This document shows positions 30,184-39,756 of a DNA stretch of 64,000 nt, piece by piece. Within the stretch, counting starts at the first letter, position 1; each line of letters opens with the position of its first letter. The stretch is taken from positions 132,380 to 196,379 of the forward strand of contig JASJCI010000001.1 of NCBI GenBank assembly GCA_030066085.1. The letters run 5' to 3'. The stretch comes from Gammaproteobacteria bacterium (GTDB lineage: Bacteria > Pseudomonadota > Gammaproteobacteria > GCA-001735895). The translations under genes and the position numbers were made by a program. The notes below the pieces were generated by a model. The model was given only the letters and a program-made list of their open reading frames with translations, was not told the DNA's origin and did not search any database.

Positions 30184-32052
30184 ATGGCATACAAACAGGA
30201 ATACCAGGCATCGATCGACGACCCGACAGCCTTCTGGGGCGAAAAAGCCAGGGCGCTCGACTGGTACCGTGCGCCGCAAACGGTGCTGTCGACCGACGAA
30301 AACGGCATCTATCGCTGGTTTGCCGACGGTGAACTGAATACCTGTTATCTCGCGCTGGATTATCACGTCGCCAACGGCCGCGGTGACCAGCTTGCCGTGA
30401 TCTACGATTCACCGGTTACCGATCAGCAGCGCAAGATTACCTATGCCGAACTGCTCGACGAGGTCGCGAGCTGCGCCGGCATGCTCGAGGATCTCGGGGT
30501 CGGCAAGGGTGACCGGGTCGTGATCTACCTGCCGATGATCCCGGAAGCCCTGATCTCGATGCTCGCCTGTGCCCGGCTTGGCGCCGTGCATTCCGTGGTA
30601 TTCGGCGGTTTCGCTCCTCCCGAGCTCGCGGTACGTCTCGATGACGCCACGCCCAAGGTGCTGCTGACCGCGTCCTGCGGCATCGAGATCAGCCGCGTGA
30701 TCGAGTACAAGCCGATCGTCGACAAGGCGATCGAGATGGCCGCGCACAAGCCGGATCACTGCGTCGTGCTGCAGCGCCCGCAGGCGCGCGCGGAAATGCA
30801 GGACGGGCGCGACCTCGACTGGCGCGAAGCCGTTGCCGCGGCGTCGCCGGCCGCTTGCGTACCGGTCAAGGGTACGGATCCGCTGTACATTCTCTATACC
30901 TCGGGTACCACCGGCAAACCCAAGGGTGTCGTGCGCGAAAACGGCGGCCACGCGGTGGCGATGAAGTACAGCATGAGCGCGATCTACGACATCGAGCCCG
31001 GCGACGTCTACTGGGCCGCGTCCGACGTCGGCTGGGTCGTCGGTCACTCCTATATCGTTTACGGCCCGCTGATCCACGGTTGCACCACCGTGCTCTACGA
31101 GGGCAAACCGATCATGACGCCGGACGCCGGCGCGTTCTGGCGCGTGATCGCGGAACATGGCGTCAAGGCGCTGTTCACCGCGCCGACCGCGTTTCGCGCG
31201 ATCAAGAAGGAAGACCCCGAGGCCGAGCTGGCGAAACAGTACGACCTGTCCTGCCTGCAGACTATTTTTGCCGCCGGCGAGCGGCTCGATCCGCCGACCT
31301 ACGAGTGGCTGGCGGAAAAGTTCCGGGTACCGGTGCTCGACCACTGGTGGCAGACCGAGACCGGCTGGGCGATTGCCGCCAATATGCACGGACTCGAACC
31401 GATGCCGGTCAAGTCCGGTTCCTCCACCGTCCCGGTGCCCGGTTTCAACGTGCAGATCCTCGACGAGGCCGGCAACCGCGTCGCGGCCGGCGAACAGGGC
31501 TTCATTGCGATCGAGCTGCCGCTGCCGCCGAGCTGTCTTGCCACCATCTGGGGAGACGTCGAGCGTTTCAAGGAGAATTATCTCGAGACCTATCCCGGGT
31601 ATTTCACCACCGGTGATGGCGGTTACATCGACGAGGACGGCTACGTCTTCATCATGGGCCGGGTCGATGACGTGATCAACGTCGCCGGCCATCGCCTCTC
31701 CACCGGCGAAATGGAAGAAGTCGTCGGCAAGCACCCGATGGTCGCGGAATGCGCCGTCATCGGCCGCAGCGACGAGCTCAAGGGACAGATGCCGATGGGG
31801 CTGGTGGTGTTGAAAAACGCCGAGGGAGCCGATCCCGATACCATCGTCAGCGAGCTGGTCGCGATGGTGCGCCAGGACATCGGCGCGGTGGCCGCGTTCA
31901 AGGAAGCCCTGATCGTCGCTCGCCTGCCGAAGACGCGCTCGGGCAAGATCCTGCGCAAGACCCTGCGCGCGATGGTCGACGGCGACGACTACGTCGTGCC
32001 GTCTACGATCGAGGACCCGGCGGTACTCGACGAGATCAAGGCCCTGCTGTAG
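30184..32052 (+). CDS. Propionate--CoA ligase / acyl-CoA synthetase (AMP-forming), PrpE-like
   Basis: 622 aa from ATG 30184 (MAYKQEYQASIDDPTAFWGEKARALDW...). Colinear with PrpE/Acs family ([28 protein letters not shown]). Confidence 0.75.
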   Translation: MAYKQEYQASIDDPTAFWGEKARALDWYRAPQTVLSTDENGIYRWFADGELNTCYLALDYHVANGRGDQLAVIYDSPVTDQQRKITYAELLDEVASCAGMLEDLGVGKGDRVVIYLPMIPEALISMLACARLGAVHSVVFGGFAPPELAVRLDDATPKVLLTASCGIEISRVIEYKPIVDKAIEMAAHKPDHCVVLQRPQARAEMQDGRDLDWREAVAAASPAACVPVKGTDPLYILYTSGTTGKPKGVVRENGGHAVAMKYSMSAIYDIEPGDVYWAASDVGWVVGHSYIVYGPLIHGCTTVLYEGKPIMTPDAGAFWRVIAEHGVKALFTAPTAFRAIKKEDPEAELAKQYDLSCLQTIFAAGERLDPPTYEWLAEKFRVPVLDHWWQTETGWAIAANMHGLEPMPVKSGSSTVPVPGFNVQILDEAGNRVAAGEQGFIAIELPLPPSCLATIWGDVERFKENYLETYPGYFTTGDGGYIDEDGYVFIMGRVDDVINVAGHRLSTGEMEEVVGKHPMVAECAVIGRSDELKGQMPMGLVVLKNAEGADPDTIVSELVAMVRQDIGAVAAFKEALIVARLPKTRSGKILRKTLRAMVDGDDYVVPSTIEDPAVLDEIKALL

Positions 32053-32149
32053 GCAATCCCGTCGCTGCCAGCGGGCCAAGACAGCCCGTAAGGAATAGCC
32101 GGAACCCGTGTCTCGCGGCCGGGCAGGTCGAAGCGCGCAGAAGCACCGT

Positions 32150-32653
32150 CTAGCGATGCTGCGTAACCTGCAGCTGCGGGCCGTTGGCGAGGGTCTGCAA
32201 CACGACGCAATAACGCTCGGTCAGCTGCAGCAGCGAATCGAGCTGTGCTTCGTCGGCATCGGTATCCAGATCGAAAACCAGCCGAATATGGCTGAAGCCG
32301 ACCGGTGCGTCGCGCTCGACCCCGAGCGTGCCGCGAAAGTCGAGATCCCCCTCGGCACGAATCGTCGCAGCGCGCAGTTCCACGCCGATAGCGGTCGCGA
32401 CCGCGTTCAGTGTCACGCCGGCGCAGGCAACCAGCGCCTCGAGCAACATGTCGCCCGAGCACAGCGCGGTGCCATCGCCGCCGGTAGCCGGATGCAGACC
32501 GGCCTGTGCAATCGCCCGACCCGTGTCGACGCTACAGGTAATACCGTCGCCGATACGGCCTTGCGCGCGCAGCGTCACGAGCGCGCTGCCGGGATCGTCA
32601 CGGTAGCGCTGTTTCAGTGGCGCCTGCAGCGCCTTGAGCTGTTCGCTCTGCAT
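32150..32653 (-). CDS. OsmC/Ohr-family peroxiredoxin-like protein
   Basis: 167 aa with OsmC fold and conserved Cys pair (DMLLEALVACAGVT ... ERYCVV). Confidence 0.7.
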   Translation of the reverse strand: MQSEQLKALQAPLKQRYRDDPGSALVTLRAQGRIGDGITCSVDTGRAIAQAGLHPATGGDGTALCSGDMLLEALVACAGVTLNAVATAIGVELRAATIRAEGDLDFRGTLGVERDAPVGFSHIRLVFDLDTDADEAQLDSLLQLTERYCVVLQTLANGPQLQVTQHR

Positions 32654-32720
32654 CCGGTTTTCCTCCTGCCGGGTCCGGGGGCGGTCGGGCCATCGATTAA
32701 CGCGGCCAGCCCCGGGGGTC

Positions 32721-33053
32721 TTAATCGTTGTCTTTCAAAATCGGGCGTAAATCATCGAGCCTGTCGAACAGGTGCCAGATGTAGGCATCGGTGCCGTTCT
32801 CGCGGTGCGGATGCAGATCGGCGAGCGCCGGATCGCTATTGTAGTGGTCGAAAGCATCCATCGATTCCCATTCGACCAGGATCATGACCTGCCGGGGCTC
32901 GATGTCACCGGTCGCCGTCGCGCGATACTTGCCCAGCGCCACTACCCGGCCGCCATGCGCGGCAACTTCGGCCACCGAGCGTTTGGCGTAAGCCAGGTAC
33001 TCGTCACGGTTGCTGACGTTGAACAGGTTGAGCGCGTAAACCGGTGCGGACAT
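32721..33053 (-). CDS. DUF1330-domain protein
   Basis: 110 aa (MSAPVYALNLFNVSNRDEYLAYAKRSVAEVAAHGGRVVALG...), typical DUF1330/dimeric alpha-beta barrel-like sequence. Confidence 0.55.
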   Translation of the reverse strand: MSAPVYALNLFNVSNRDEYLAYAKRSVAEVAAHGGRVVALGKYRATATGDIEPRQVMILVEWESMDAFDHYNSDPALADLHPHRENGTDAYIWHLFDRLDDLRPILKDND

Positions 33054-33084
33054 CGTCGAAGCTCCGTCGTATCAATAGCCGCGA

Positions 33085-33414
33085 TTATCGCACGAGCGCG
33101 AGGAAGAAAGGTATCCAGGCGAGCAGCGTGAACAGCATCACCACCAGCTCGATGCGCGCGATGCTGGCGTAGCGCGTCGCCGCATCACCCTCGGCGTCCG
33201 CCGCCTGCACGCGCGACATGACGTAGTCGAACAGGATTACCACCAGCAAGATAGGTGCCATTACCGGCACCACCAGCGTCAGGAAAATACTGGCGAACGA
33301 CTCCTCGTTCGCGTTTACCGTTAGTGCGCCGAACTGTATCAGCAGTGGCGGCAGCGTGTTGAGCAAAGCCAGTGCGAGCAGCGACAGGCGTAAAATTCCA
33401 AGTGTACTTAACAT
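33085..33414 (-). CDS. Hypothetical small integral membrane protein
   Basis: 109 aa with three hydrophobic helices. No known motif. Confidence 0.4.
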   Translation of the reverse strand: MLSTLGILRLSLLALALLNTLPPLLIQFGALTVNANEESFASIFLTLVVPVMAPILLVVILFDYVMSRVQAADAEGDAATRYASIARIELVVMLFTLLAWIPFFLALVR

Positions 33415-33425
33415 GCTAACTACTT

Positions 33426-34568
33426 TCAGGTTGCCTGATCGATCAGGGCGATGACCAGGTCCATGACGTTGGTGTGGGTGGGACCGGTTACGAACAGCGC
33501 ATCCCGCTGCTCGAGAAACGGCCCGGCATCGGCCGCCTGCAGCGCGGCGCGCGCCGCGTCGCTATCGTTCCAGGTGGCTCCGTCGACCAGTCCGCCGGCA
33601 GCCTCGGTCGGGCCGTCGGTGCCGTCGGTACCGGCAACCAGGATCGAGATGTCGTCACGGTCGGCGATAGACTCGGACAGCGCCAGCGCGAGGCTCTGGT
33701 TGCGCCCGCCGCGGCCGGGATGCTCCGGCAGGACCACCGTCGGTTCACCACCCCAGATGTAAACGCCGGGCGCAGCATCTCGCAGGCGCTCGGCCAGCTT
33801 CGGCGCGAGTTCGAACAGGTCGCCGTACAGCGATTCCTCGTCGACAACCACCTCGAGTCCCAGTTCCCGCGCCCGGCGAGCGGCCCGCTCGCGCGCAATG
33901 CGGTTCGACGCGACTATGCTGGCGCGGCACTTCGCCCCGGCGCAGCAGCAGTCGCCCAGACCCGAGCCGATGGTCTCGATACCGTCACCCTCGACATCGG
34001 AGATTGCGTAGCTGCGCACCTCCGCACCATTGAATACCTCGATCAGCTTGCCGTCCTTGATACGGGATACCTGCTTGCGACGGGCGTTGATCTGCGCAAT
34101 GGTTTTGCCGCCGGCAATCATTTCGTCGGTCATGGCCTGCAGGTCTTCGAGGCTCATGTCGTCCGGCAATGCCTCCGCCAGCGCCGATGCTCCACCGGAC
34201 ACCAGCAACAGCAGTCGACTGCCTGCGCCGAGTTCGGCGACCCGTTCGAGCAGGCGGGCGCCGGCCCTGAGCGAATTGCGATCCGGGATCGGGTGCGCCG
34301 CCTCGATCATTTCGACCCGCGGATTGTCCAGCAGGTCCGGATCCGCGTGCTGGTACTTGGTTACCACCAGCGCCGCGGCCCGCGGGAATTGCTCGAGCGC
34401 GCCTTTCGCCATACCGGAAGCCGCCTTGCCCACGGCCACGATCAGCTCGGGCTCGAACGGGGTGTCGGTTGCGAGTGCATTCAGCACGGCCCCGCGTCCC
34501 TCGACCGCGCCCACCGCGGCGCGCCAGATTTCGAGTATCGCCTGTTCTCGTGCCTGCTTTTGCATCAT
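33426..34568 (-). CDS. Glycerate 2-kinase, MOFRL family (GckA/TtuD-like)
   Basis: 380 aa with N-terminal DUF4147-like Rossmann region (IVAVGKAASGMAKGA...LLLVSGGASAL) and C-terminal MOFRL region (LVAGTDGTDGPT...). Confidence 0.7.
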   Translation of the reverse strand: MMQKQAREQAILEIWRAAVGAVEGRGAVLNALATDTPFEPELIVAVGKAASGMAKGALEQFPRAAALVVTKYQHADPDLLDNPRVEMIEAAHPIPDRNSLRAGARLLERVAELGAGSRLLLLVSGGASALAEALPDDMSLEDLQAMTDEMIAGGKTIAQINARRKQVSRIKDGKLIEVFNGAEVRSYAISDVEGDGIETIGSGLGDCCCAGAKCRASIVASNRIARERAARRARELGLEVVVDEESLYGDLFELAPKLAERLRDAAPGVYIWGGEPTVVLPEHPGRGGRNQSLALALSESIADRDDISILVAGTDGTDGPTEAAGGLVDGATWNDSDAARAALQAADAGPFLEQRDALFVTGPTHTNVMDLVIALIDQAT

Positions 34569-34699
34569 GGGCCCTGCCAGGCCTCCGCCGAGGCGCCGTT
34601 CGCAACGCGCCAGGCGGGAGCACCCGCCGCCGCGGCGATTGGAGAAGCCGCGTCGCGAGCGTTATCATGTTTCACCGACAATTGCAGCGAGGTACTGCC

Positions 34700-35230
34700 A
34701 TGAGCACATCCGCGACCACCAGACTCAACGACGTCGATCTCGAAGCCGTCGCCGGCCTGGCCGGCAAGATCCAGCAGCAACCCGGGGTTGCTGACACCAG
34801 CTGGAGCGCCAGGGTCAGCTGGAAAGGCGGCTTCCGCTCGGAGGCGCAAATACGGGAGTTCGGGCCCATCACGTCCGACGAACCCGCGCAGCTCGGCGGC
34901 ACCGATACCGGACCCAACCCGGTCGAGCAGCTGCTGGCCGCCCTCGGCAATTGCCTGGCGGTCGGTTACGCCGCCAATGCCAGCGCCGCCGGTATCGAGA
35001 TTCGTGACCTGTCGATCGAGCTCGAGGGCGAGCTCGACCTGCACACCTTTCTCGGGCTTGCGCCGGGGGGTAATGCCGGCTACGACAATATCTCGGTGCG
35101 GGTCAGGATCGACTGCGACGCACCGGCCGCAGCGCTCGAAGCGCTGCATGACAGGGTTGTCGGTACCTCGCCGGTCGGGCACACGCTCGCGCGCGCGGTG
35201 CCGCTCAAGATCGAGCTCGATCATTCGTAA
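34700..35230 (+). CDS. OsmC-family protein (second paralogue)
   Basis: 176 aa from ATG 34700 (MSTSATTRLNDVDLEAVAGLAGKIQ...GPNPVEQLLAALGNCLAVGY...). Upstream part of the track ORF is GC-artefact. Confidence 0.65.
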   Translation: MSTSATTRLNDVDLEAVAGLAGKIQQQPGVADTSWSARVSWKGGFRSEAQIREFGPITSDEPAQLGGTDTGPNPVEQLLAALGNCLAVGYAANASAAGIEIRDLSIELEGELDLHTFLGLAPGGNAGYDNISVRVRIDCDAPAAALEALHDRVVGTSPVGHTLARAVPLKIELDHS

Positions 35231-36042
35231 AACACGAACGCGCGGGTTTCGATGCTCTCGCGCGGCGCGGCATCGGCCGGCGCATCCGGCAGGTGGATCG
35301 CGGTGTGGATGCTGCACGGCCTGCGACCGCCGTCGATCGAGTCGAAGGTGCGAAACAGCAGCACCTCGTCCGGCCGCATTCGGGGGTAGTAGAACCAGCG
35401 CTGGCGGTCCGAGTGCAGCGCCAGCTGGATTTCACCGACATGATTCGGTGCGCGCCGCTCGGTATCGACCAGGTCGTCATCGGCGAGACTGCGCGCGTCG
35501 ACCAGCGCCAGCGGGTAGTCCTCGACCGGATCGACCAGCGGCCGCCAGACGTTGACGATCTGGAAACGATCCCGTGCCAGCTGCTCGGCCTCGTCGCCGA
35601 GCTGTTCGCGCAGGCAGACGAAGCCCGAATTCGACGTGTAATCATTGTGCACCAGGGTCGCGGGCTCGCGTACCTGCTTGCGTTCGCGCAGCCCGGGATC
35701 CGAGGCGCGTACGGTGTGGTCGAAGATGTGAACCCGCGACGCACCGGTGACACGCTGCAGGAAATCGACGATTTCGGTTTCGTAAACGCTTTCGATCTGT
35801 GCCGGATCGAGAAAATTCTTCACCGCGCTGGCAAACCGCATCAAATCGAATCCCGACGGATGCTGGCCGAGCTCGCGCGCCTGCTCGTCGTCCTCGCGCA
35901 CGCGCGCATCCTCGACCGCGACCCGCACGACGCGCATCGGCTGGTCGATTTCGTGCCGCGCGTCGCGTCCCGCGCTGGATGCATAGTAGACCGGGCGTTC
36001 GCTGCGCCCGGCAAGGTACTCGACTTCGGCCTCGACGCTCAT
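35221..36042 (-). CDS. Hypothetical protein with HxD...H motifs (possible non-haem Fe/2OG-oxygenase or CmcJ-like fold; uncertain)
   Basis: 273 aa from ATG 36042 (MSVEAEVEYLAGRSERPVYY...), GAGAGG RBS. Motifs VHIFDHTVR, LVHNDYTSN, SIHTAIH. Track start at 36258 would overlap the aminotransferase gene. Confidence 0.4.
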   Translation of the reverse strand: MSVEAEVEYLAGRSERPVYYASSAGRDARHEIDQPMRVVRVAVEDARVREDDEQARELGQHPSGFDLMRFASAVKNFLDPAQIESVYETEIVDFLQRVTGASRVHIFDHTVRASDPGLRERKQVREPATLVHNDYTSNSGFVCLREQLGDEAEQLARDRFQIVNVWRPLVDPVEDYPLALVDARSLADDDLVDTERRAPNHVGEIQLALHSDRQRWFYYPRMRPDEVLLFRTFDSIDGGRRPCSIHTAIHLPDAPADAAPRESIETRAFVFYE

Positions 36043-36142
36043 GGGTGGTTGGACCTCTCTCGGGTTGGCTGGTGGATGAAAACGCGCGAACTCTTTTCGC
36101 TGGTAACATAAAGTCTCGCGCGCGAATGTAAAGCCGGGCGTT

Positions 36143-37312
36143 TCATAAATTCTCGAGGAACTGGCCGATACGTCGGCAGGCTTCGCGCAACTCGTCATCC
36201 GAGACCGTGCAGGATACGCGCACGTGACCCGCGGCACTGGCACCGAAAGCGCTGGCATCGAGCAGGGATACGCCGGTCGTATCGTACAGGCGGCGGGTAA
36301 ACTCGCCGACCTCGAGGCCCGTGCCGCGCACGTCTACCATCATGAACATCCCGGCATCGGGTAACAGCGGCTTGAGTCCCGGCATCGCGTCCAGCGCCGC
36401 GAACAGGTAGTCGCGCCGTTGGCGATAAATTGCGGCCATGCGCGCAAGTTCGTCGTTACAGTGGGTCAGCGCCTCGGCGCCGGCCTGCTGAATAAAGCCC
36501 GGCAGACCATAGAGCATGCACAGGGCCAGTTTTTCCAGGTGCGCGATCATGCGTTCGGGCGCGACCGCCCAGCCGACCCGCCAGCCCGACATCGCATAGG
36601 ACTTCGACAGGCTGCCGATGGTGACCAGGCGATCGTCGATACCGTCGACCGCGGCGGTGGGATGAAACTCACCTTCGAACACGAAATCGCCGTAGACCTC
36701 GTCGGCCACGATCCACAGGTCATGCCGCCGGGCGAGTTCGGCGATGTATTCCAGTTCTTCGCGGTTTAGCGCAATGCCGGTGGGATTGCTGGGCGAAGCA
36801 TAGAATATCGCGCGCGTGCGTTCGCTGATCGCCGCCTCCAGCGCCTCCGGGTCGAGGCGAAAACCGCGCTCGGCAGCGAGAACTACCGGCACCAGCCTGG
36901 CCCCCGGCGCCTGGATCGTGGCCTCGTAAGTAACGTACATCGGCTGCAACACGATCGCCTCGTCCCCGGCATCGAGCAGGCACTGCGCGCAGGCAAACAG
37001 CGCATTTTGCGCGCCCGAGGTCGTGATCACCCGCTTACTGTCGACCGGTCGGCCGCAGATGCGCGCATGGCGCGCGGCAATGGCGTCGCGCAGTTCCTGG
37101 TGACCGAGAATCGAGGTGTAGTGGGTGTCACCCTGCTGCATCGCGCGTACCGCGCGTTCGACGATGCGCCCCGGCGTGGCGAAATCCGGATCGCCGACGC
37201 TGAGTACGATCACGTCTTCGCCGCGCGCCTGCGCCTGCCTGGCCTCGTAGTGCAGGTCCCAGGCATCGGCGGCGTCGCCGCGCACGCGTTCGGTCAAGCC
37301 TGAATATCTCAT
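36143..37312 (-). CDS. PLP-dependent aminotransferase class I/II (aspartate/aromatic aminotransferase-like)
   Basis: 389 aa with fold-type I motifs and PLP-lysine region (IGSLSKSYAMSGWRVGWAV). Confidence 0.85.
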   Translation of the reverse strand: MRYSGLTERVRGDAADAWDLHYEARQAQARGEDVIVLSVGDPDFATPGRIVERAVRAMQQGDTHYTSILGHQELRDAIAARHARICGRPVDSKRVITTSGAQNALFACAQCLLDAGDEAIVLQPMYVTYEATIQAPGARLVPVVLAAERGFRLDPEALEAAISERTRAIFYASPSNPTGIALNREELEYIAELARRHDLWIVADEVYGDFVFEGEFHPTAAVDGIDDRLVTIGSLSKSYAMSGWRVGWAVAPERMIAHLEKLALCMLYGLPGFIQQAGAEALTHCNDELARMAAIYRQRRDYLFAALDAMPGLKPLLPDAGMFMMVDVRGTGLEVGEFTRRLYDTTGVSLLDASAFGASAAGHVRVSCTVSDDELREACRRIGQFLENL

Positions 37313-37325
37313 GAGTTTTTCGGCG

Positions 37326-37910
37326 TTATTCCCAGCCCGGTCGCAATTCGTCGAGCAGCGGAACGATCCAGGGTTTGTGCACCAGCAGTTCGTCGCGACT
37401 GTTGCCGGTCAGCTCGTAAGGCAGCACCAGCCAGTCGTCGCAGCGTTCCAGGTAGTAGTCGGGCGGTGGATTGGCCTGCAAGGGGTCCTCGCGGTAATAC
37501 GGCGCCGCCACGCGCACCTCCTGCGGCATGTTGCGCCGGGTATTCTGCCGCAGGCGATCGATGACCGCGTGCACGTTGCGCCCGGTACTGTAGACGTCGT
37601 CGACGATCAGCAGCGAGTTTTCGGCATCGAGGTTTTCGAACAGGTACTGCAGGCCGTGCGCGCGTATGTCGGTACCCTGCTGCAACTGACGGAAGTAATC
37701 ATCGCGTCCCTGGTAGGAAGTACGGATCGCGATGTGGTCGGTCTCGACCCCGAGATACTGCAGGCATTCCTGTACGTAGATCCCGACCGTCGAGCCGCCG
37801 CGCCAGACGCCGACGATGAAATCGGGTCGCAGCCCGCTGTCGTATATCAGCACCGCGAGCCGGTAGGAATCCTGCAGCAACCGGGTCTCGTCGATGAATC
37901 GTTTTTGCAT
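37326..37910 (-). CDS. Gpt-like phosphoribosyltransferase-domain protein (paralogue A)
   Basis: 194 aa with PRPP-binding loop LLIVDDVYSTGRNV and FIVGVWRGGSTVG (compare Gpt GIIAVSRGG / FIVIDDLVDTGGT). Confidence 0.65.
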   Translation of the reverse strand: MQKRFIDETRLLQDSYRLAVLIYDSGLRPDFIVGVWRGGSTVGIYVQECLQYLGVETDHIAIRTSYQGRDDYFRQLQQGTDIRAHGLQYLFENLDAENSLLIVDDVYSTGRNVHAVIDRLRQNTRRNMPQEVRVAAPYYREDPLQANPPPDYYLERCDDWLVLPYELTGNSRDELLVHKPWIVPLLDELRPGWE

Positions 37911-37932
37911 CGAAAATGTTTCCCCGCGGGGG

Positions 37933-37962
37933 CCTGTGATATTCTGCGAAGACTATCACAGG
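37933..37962. promoter_or_regulatory. Perfect 9-bp inverted repeat CCTGTGATA-N12-TATCACAGG between the divergent phosphoribosyltransferase paralogues
   Basis: Read directly at 37933-37941 and 37954-37962, centred in the 72-nt divergent intergenic region, about 20 nt upstream of ATG 37983. Confidence 0.4.
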
Positions 37963-37982
37963 CGACGCCGAATGCACCCCCG

Positions 37983-38561
37983 ATGACCGAAAAACAGTAC
38001 CTGTCGGCCCAGCAGCTGCTGGAGGATTCGTTTCGCCTGGGTGCCGAGGTAATCAGGGACGGATTTCGCCCCAGCATTATGATCGCGATCTGGCGCGGCG
38101 GGGTGCCGATGGGAATCGCGATCCAGGAACTGTTTGCCTGGTACGGCATCGACACGGATCACATCGCGATCCGCACTTCTTCATACACCGGGATCGACGG
38201 CCAGTCGCCGGAGATTCGCATTCACGGCCTGAACTACGTCGTCAAGAACTGCAGCCGCGAGGACAGCCTGTTGATCGTCGACGACGTGTTCGATACCGGG
38301 GTAACGATCGACGCCGTAATCGCACGCCTCGAGGACAGGGCGCGGCGCAACACGCCACACGACATCCGTGTCGCGGTGCCCTACTACAAACCATCGCGCA
38401 ACCGTAGCGGGCGCGTGCCGGACTACTACCTCCACGAAACCGAGGCCTGGCTCAAGTATCCGCACTCGCTCGAAGGGCTCGGCATCGAGGAAGTGGCTGC
38501 CAATCGACCGGAGCTGTACGACATCATCAAGGATCGGCTGGACTCGCCACCTGGGAAATAA
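37983..38561 (+). CDS. Gpt-like phosphoribosyltransferase-domain protein (paralogue B)
   Basis: 192 aa from ATG 37983 (MTEKQYLSAQQLLEDSFRLGAEVIRDGFRPSIMIAIWRGGVPMG...LLIVDDVFDTGVTI). Roughly 45% identical to paralogue A by eye, including shared HIAIRTS and PYY motifs. Confidence 0.65.
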   Translation: MTEKQYLSAQQLLEDSFRLGAEVIRDGFRPSIMIAIWRGGVPMGIAIQELFAWYGIDTDHIAIRTSSYTGIDGQSPEIRIHGLNYVVKNCSREDSLLIVDDVFDTGVTIDAVIARLEDRARRNTPHDIRVAVPYYKPSRNRSGRVPDYYLHETEAWLKYPHSLEGLGIEEVAANRPELYDIIKDRLDSPPGK

Positions 38562-39753
38562 CCGAGTGCCCGGCGGGCGCCGGCGTCGCCGACAGCTTGA
38601 GGAAAACACAGATACAGCCCGACGAAAACGCGAGCGCGGCAGCGGCAACAAAGGCAAAGGCGAGTTCGAACTCGGCAATCAGTCCGGCCAGCAGTGCACC
38701 GAACATGCCGACGCCGTCGAGCACGGTAAACACCACCCCCAGCGTGGTAGCCTCGGACTTGCCGGAGTATTCCACCGCCGCCGCCAGCACCACCGGGCGC
38801 ACCGCGGTCAGCATCACGACCGCCGGGGTCAGTCCGGCCAGCGCCCAGAACAGGCCGTCGCCGACACCCGCGACCAGGGCGAAAAAACTGGCGGCGAACA
38901 GCGTCAGCAGGATCAGCGGTTTGCGTCCACGAGTATCGCTGTACTTGCCGAACACGGGTTGAAACAAGCTGCCCAGCATCAGGATGGCCGCAAATATCAG
39001 GCCGGCGTAGAACGGCGACAGGCCGTGTTCGCTCTGGAAAAACAGCGGCGCCATGGCCAGCTGCCCGACCAGGGCCATGTTGTACAGGATCATTACCGCC
39101 ATCAGCGCGAGGCCTGCCGGGCGAAACCATTGCCGCGCCAGCCCGCGGAAATCGATCGGGTTGACCCGTCCCGGATTGTCGCGACTGATGCGGCTTGCAA
39201 CCGGTATGAACAGGATGCCCATCAAAACAGCCGGTAATACCAGGATTTGCAGCGTTGTCTGCCAGTCGAACCACCCTAGCAGGAACCCGGTCGACAGCGG
39301 ACCCAGCACCTCGGCACCGATGCTGCCGCCAATCGCGTGAATACCGAGCGCCTGCGCGCGGCGCTCGGGTAACTCCTTGACCAGTACGCCGGTGGCCACC
39401 GGGTGCCAGAACGCATCACCCATGACCCCGAAAGCGAGCAACAGGGTGACCGCCCAGAATCCCGGCGCCAGCGTCGCGCACAGGTAGCCGATAGCGACCC
39501 ACCAGAAACTGAGCAGCATCAGCAGTCCGGGACGCGTCGACCGATCGGACAGGATGCCCGCCGGGATGTAGGCGAGGCCGGCACCGATCCCGTTGACGGT
39601 CAGTATCAGTCCCACCTCGGTGGGTCCGAGCCCCATGCTCGCGGCAATTGCCGGCGCCAGCAGCCACAGCGTGCCGGCAACCCAGTCGTTGGTCATGTGG
39701 CCCAGCGACAGCGCGCCGAGCAGGAAACGGTGTTGGCGGGTCAGTGGCGCCAC
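38527..39753 (-). CDS. MFS transporter
   Basis: 408 aa with 12 TM segments and MFS signature context (GILSDRSTRPG). Its 3' end overlaps the convergent phosphoribosyltransferase B gene by 35 nt. Confidence 0.75.
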   Translation of the reverse strand: MAPLTRQHRFLLGALSLGHMTNDWVAGTLWLLAPAIAASMGLGPTEVGLILTVNGIGAGLAYIPAGILSDRSTRPGLLMLLSFWWVAIGYLCATLAPGFWAVTLLLAFGVMGDAFWHPVATGVLVKELPERRAQALGIHAIGGSIGAEVLGPLSTGFLLGWFDWQTTLQILVLPAVLMGILFIPVASRISRDNPGRVNPIDFRGLARQWFRPAGLALMAVMILYNMALVGQLAMAPLFFQSEHGLSPFYAGLIFAAILMLGSLFQPVFGKYSDTRGRKPLILLTLFAASFFALVAGVGDGLFWALAGLTPAVVMLTAVRPVVLAAAVEYSGKSEATTLGVVFTVLDGVGMFGALLAGLIAEFELAFAFVAAAALAFSSGCICVFLKLSATPAPAGHSVISQVASPADP

Positions 39754-39756
39754 CGG

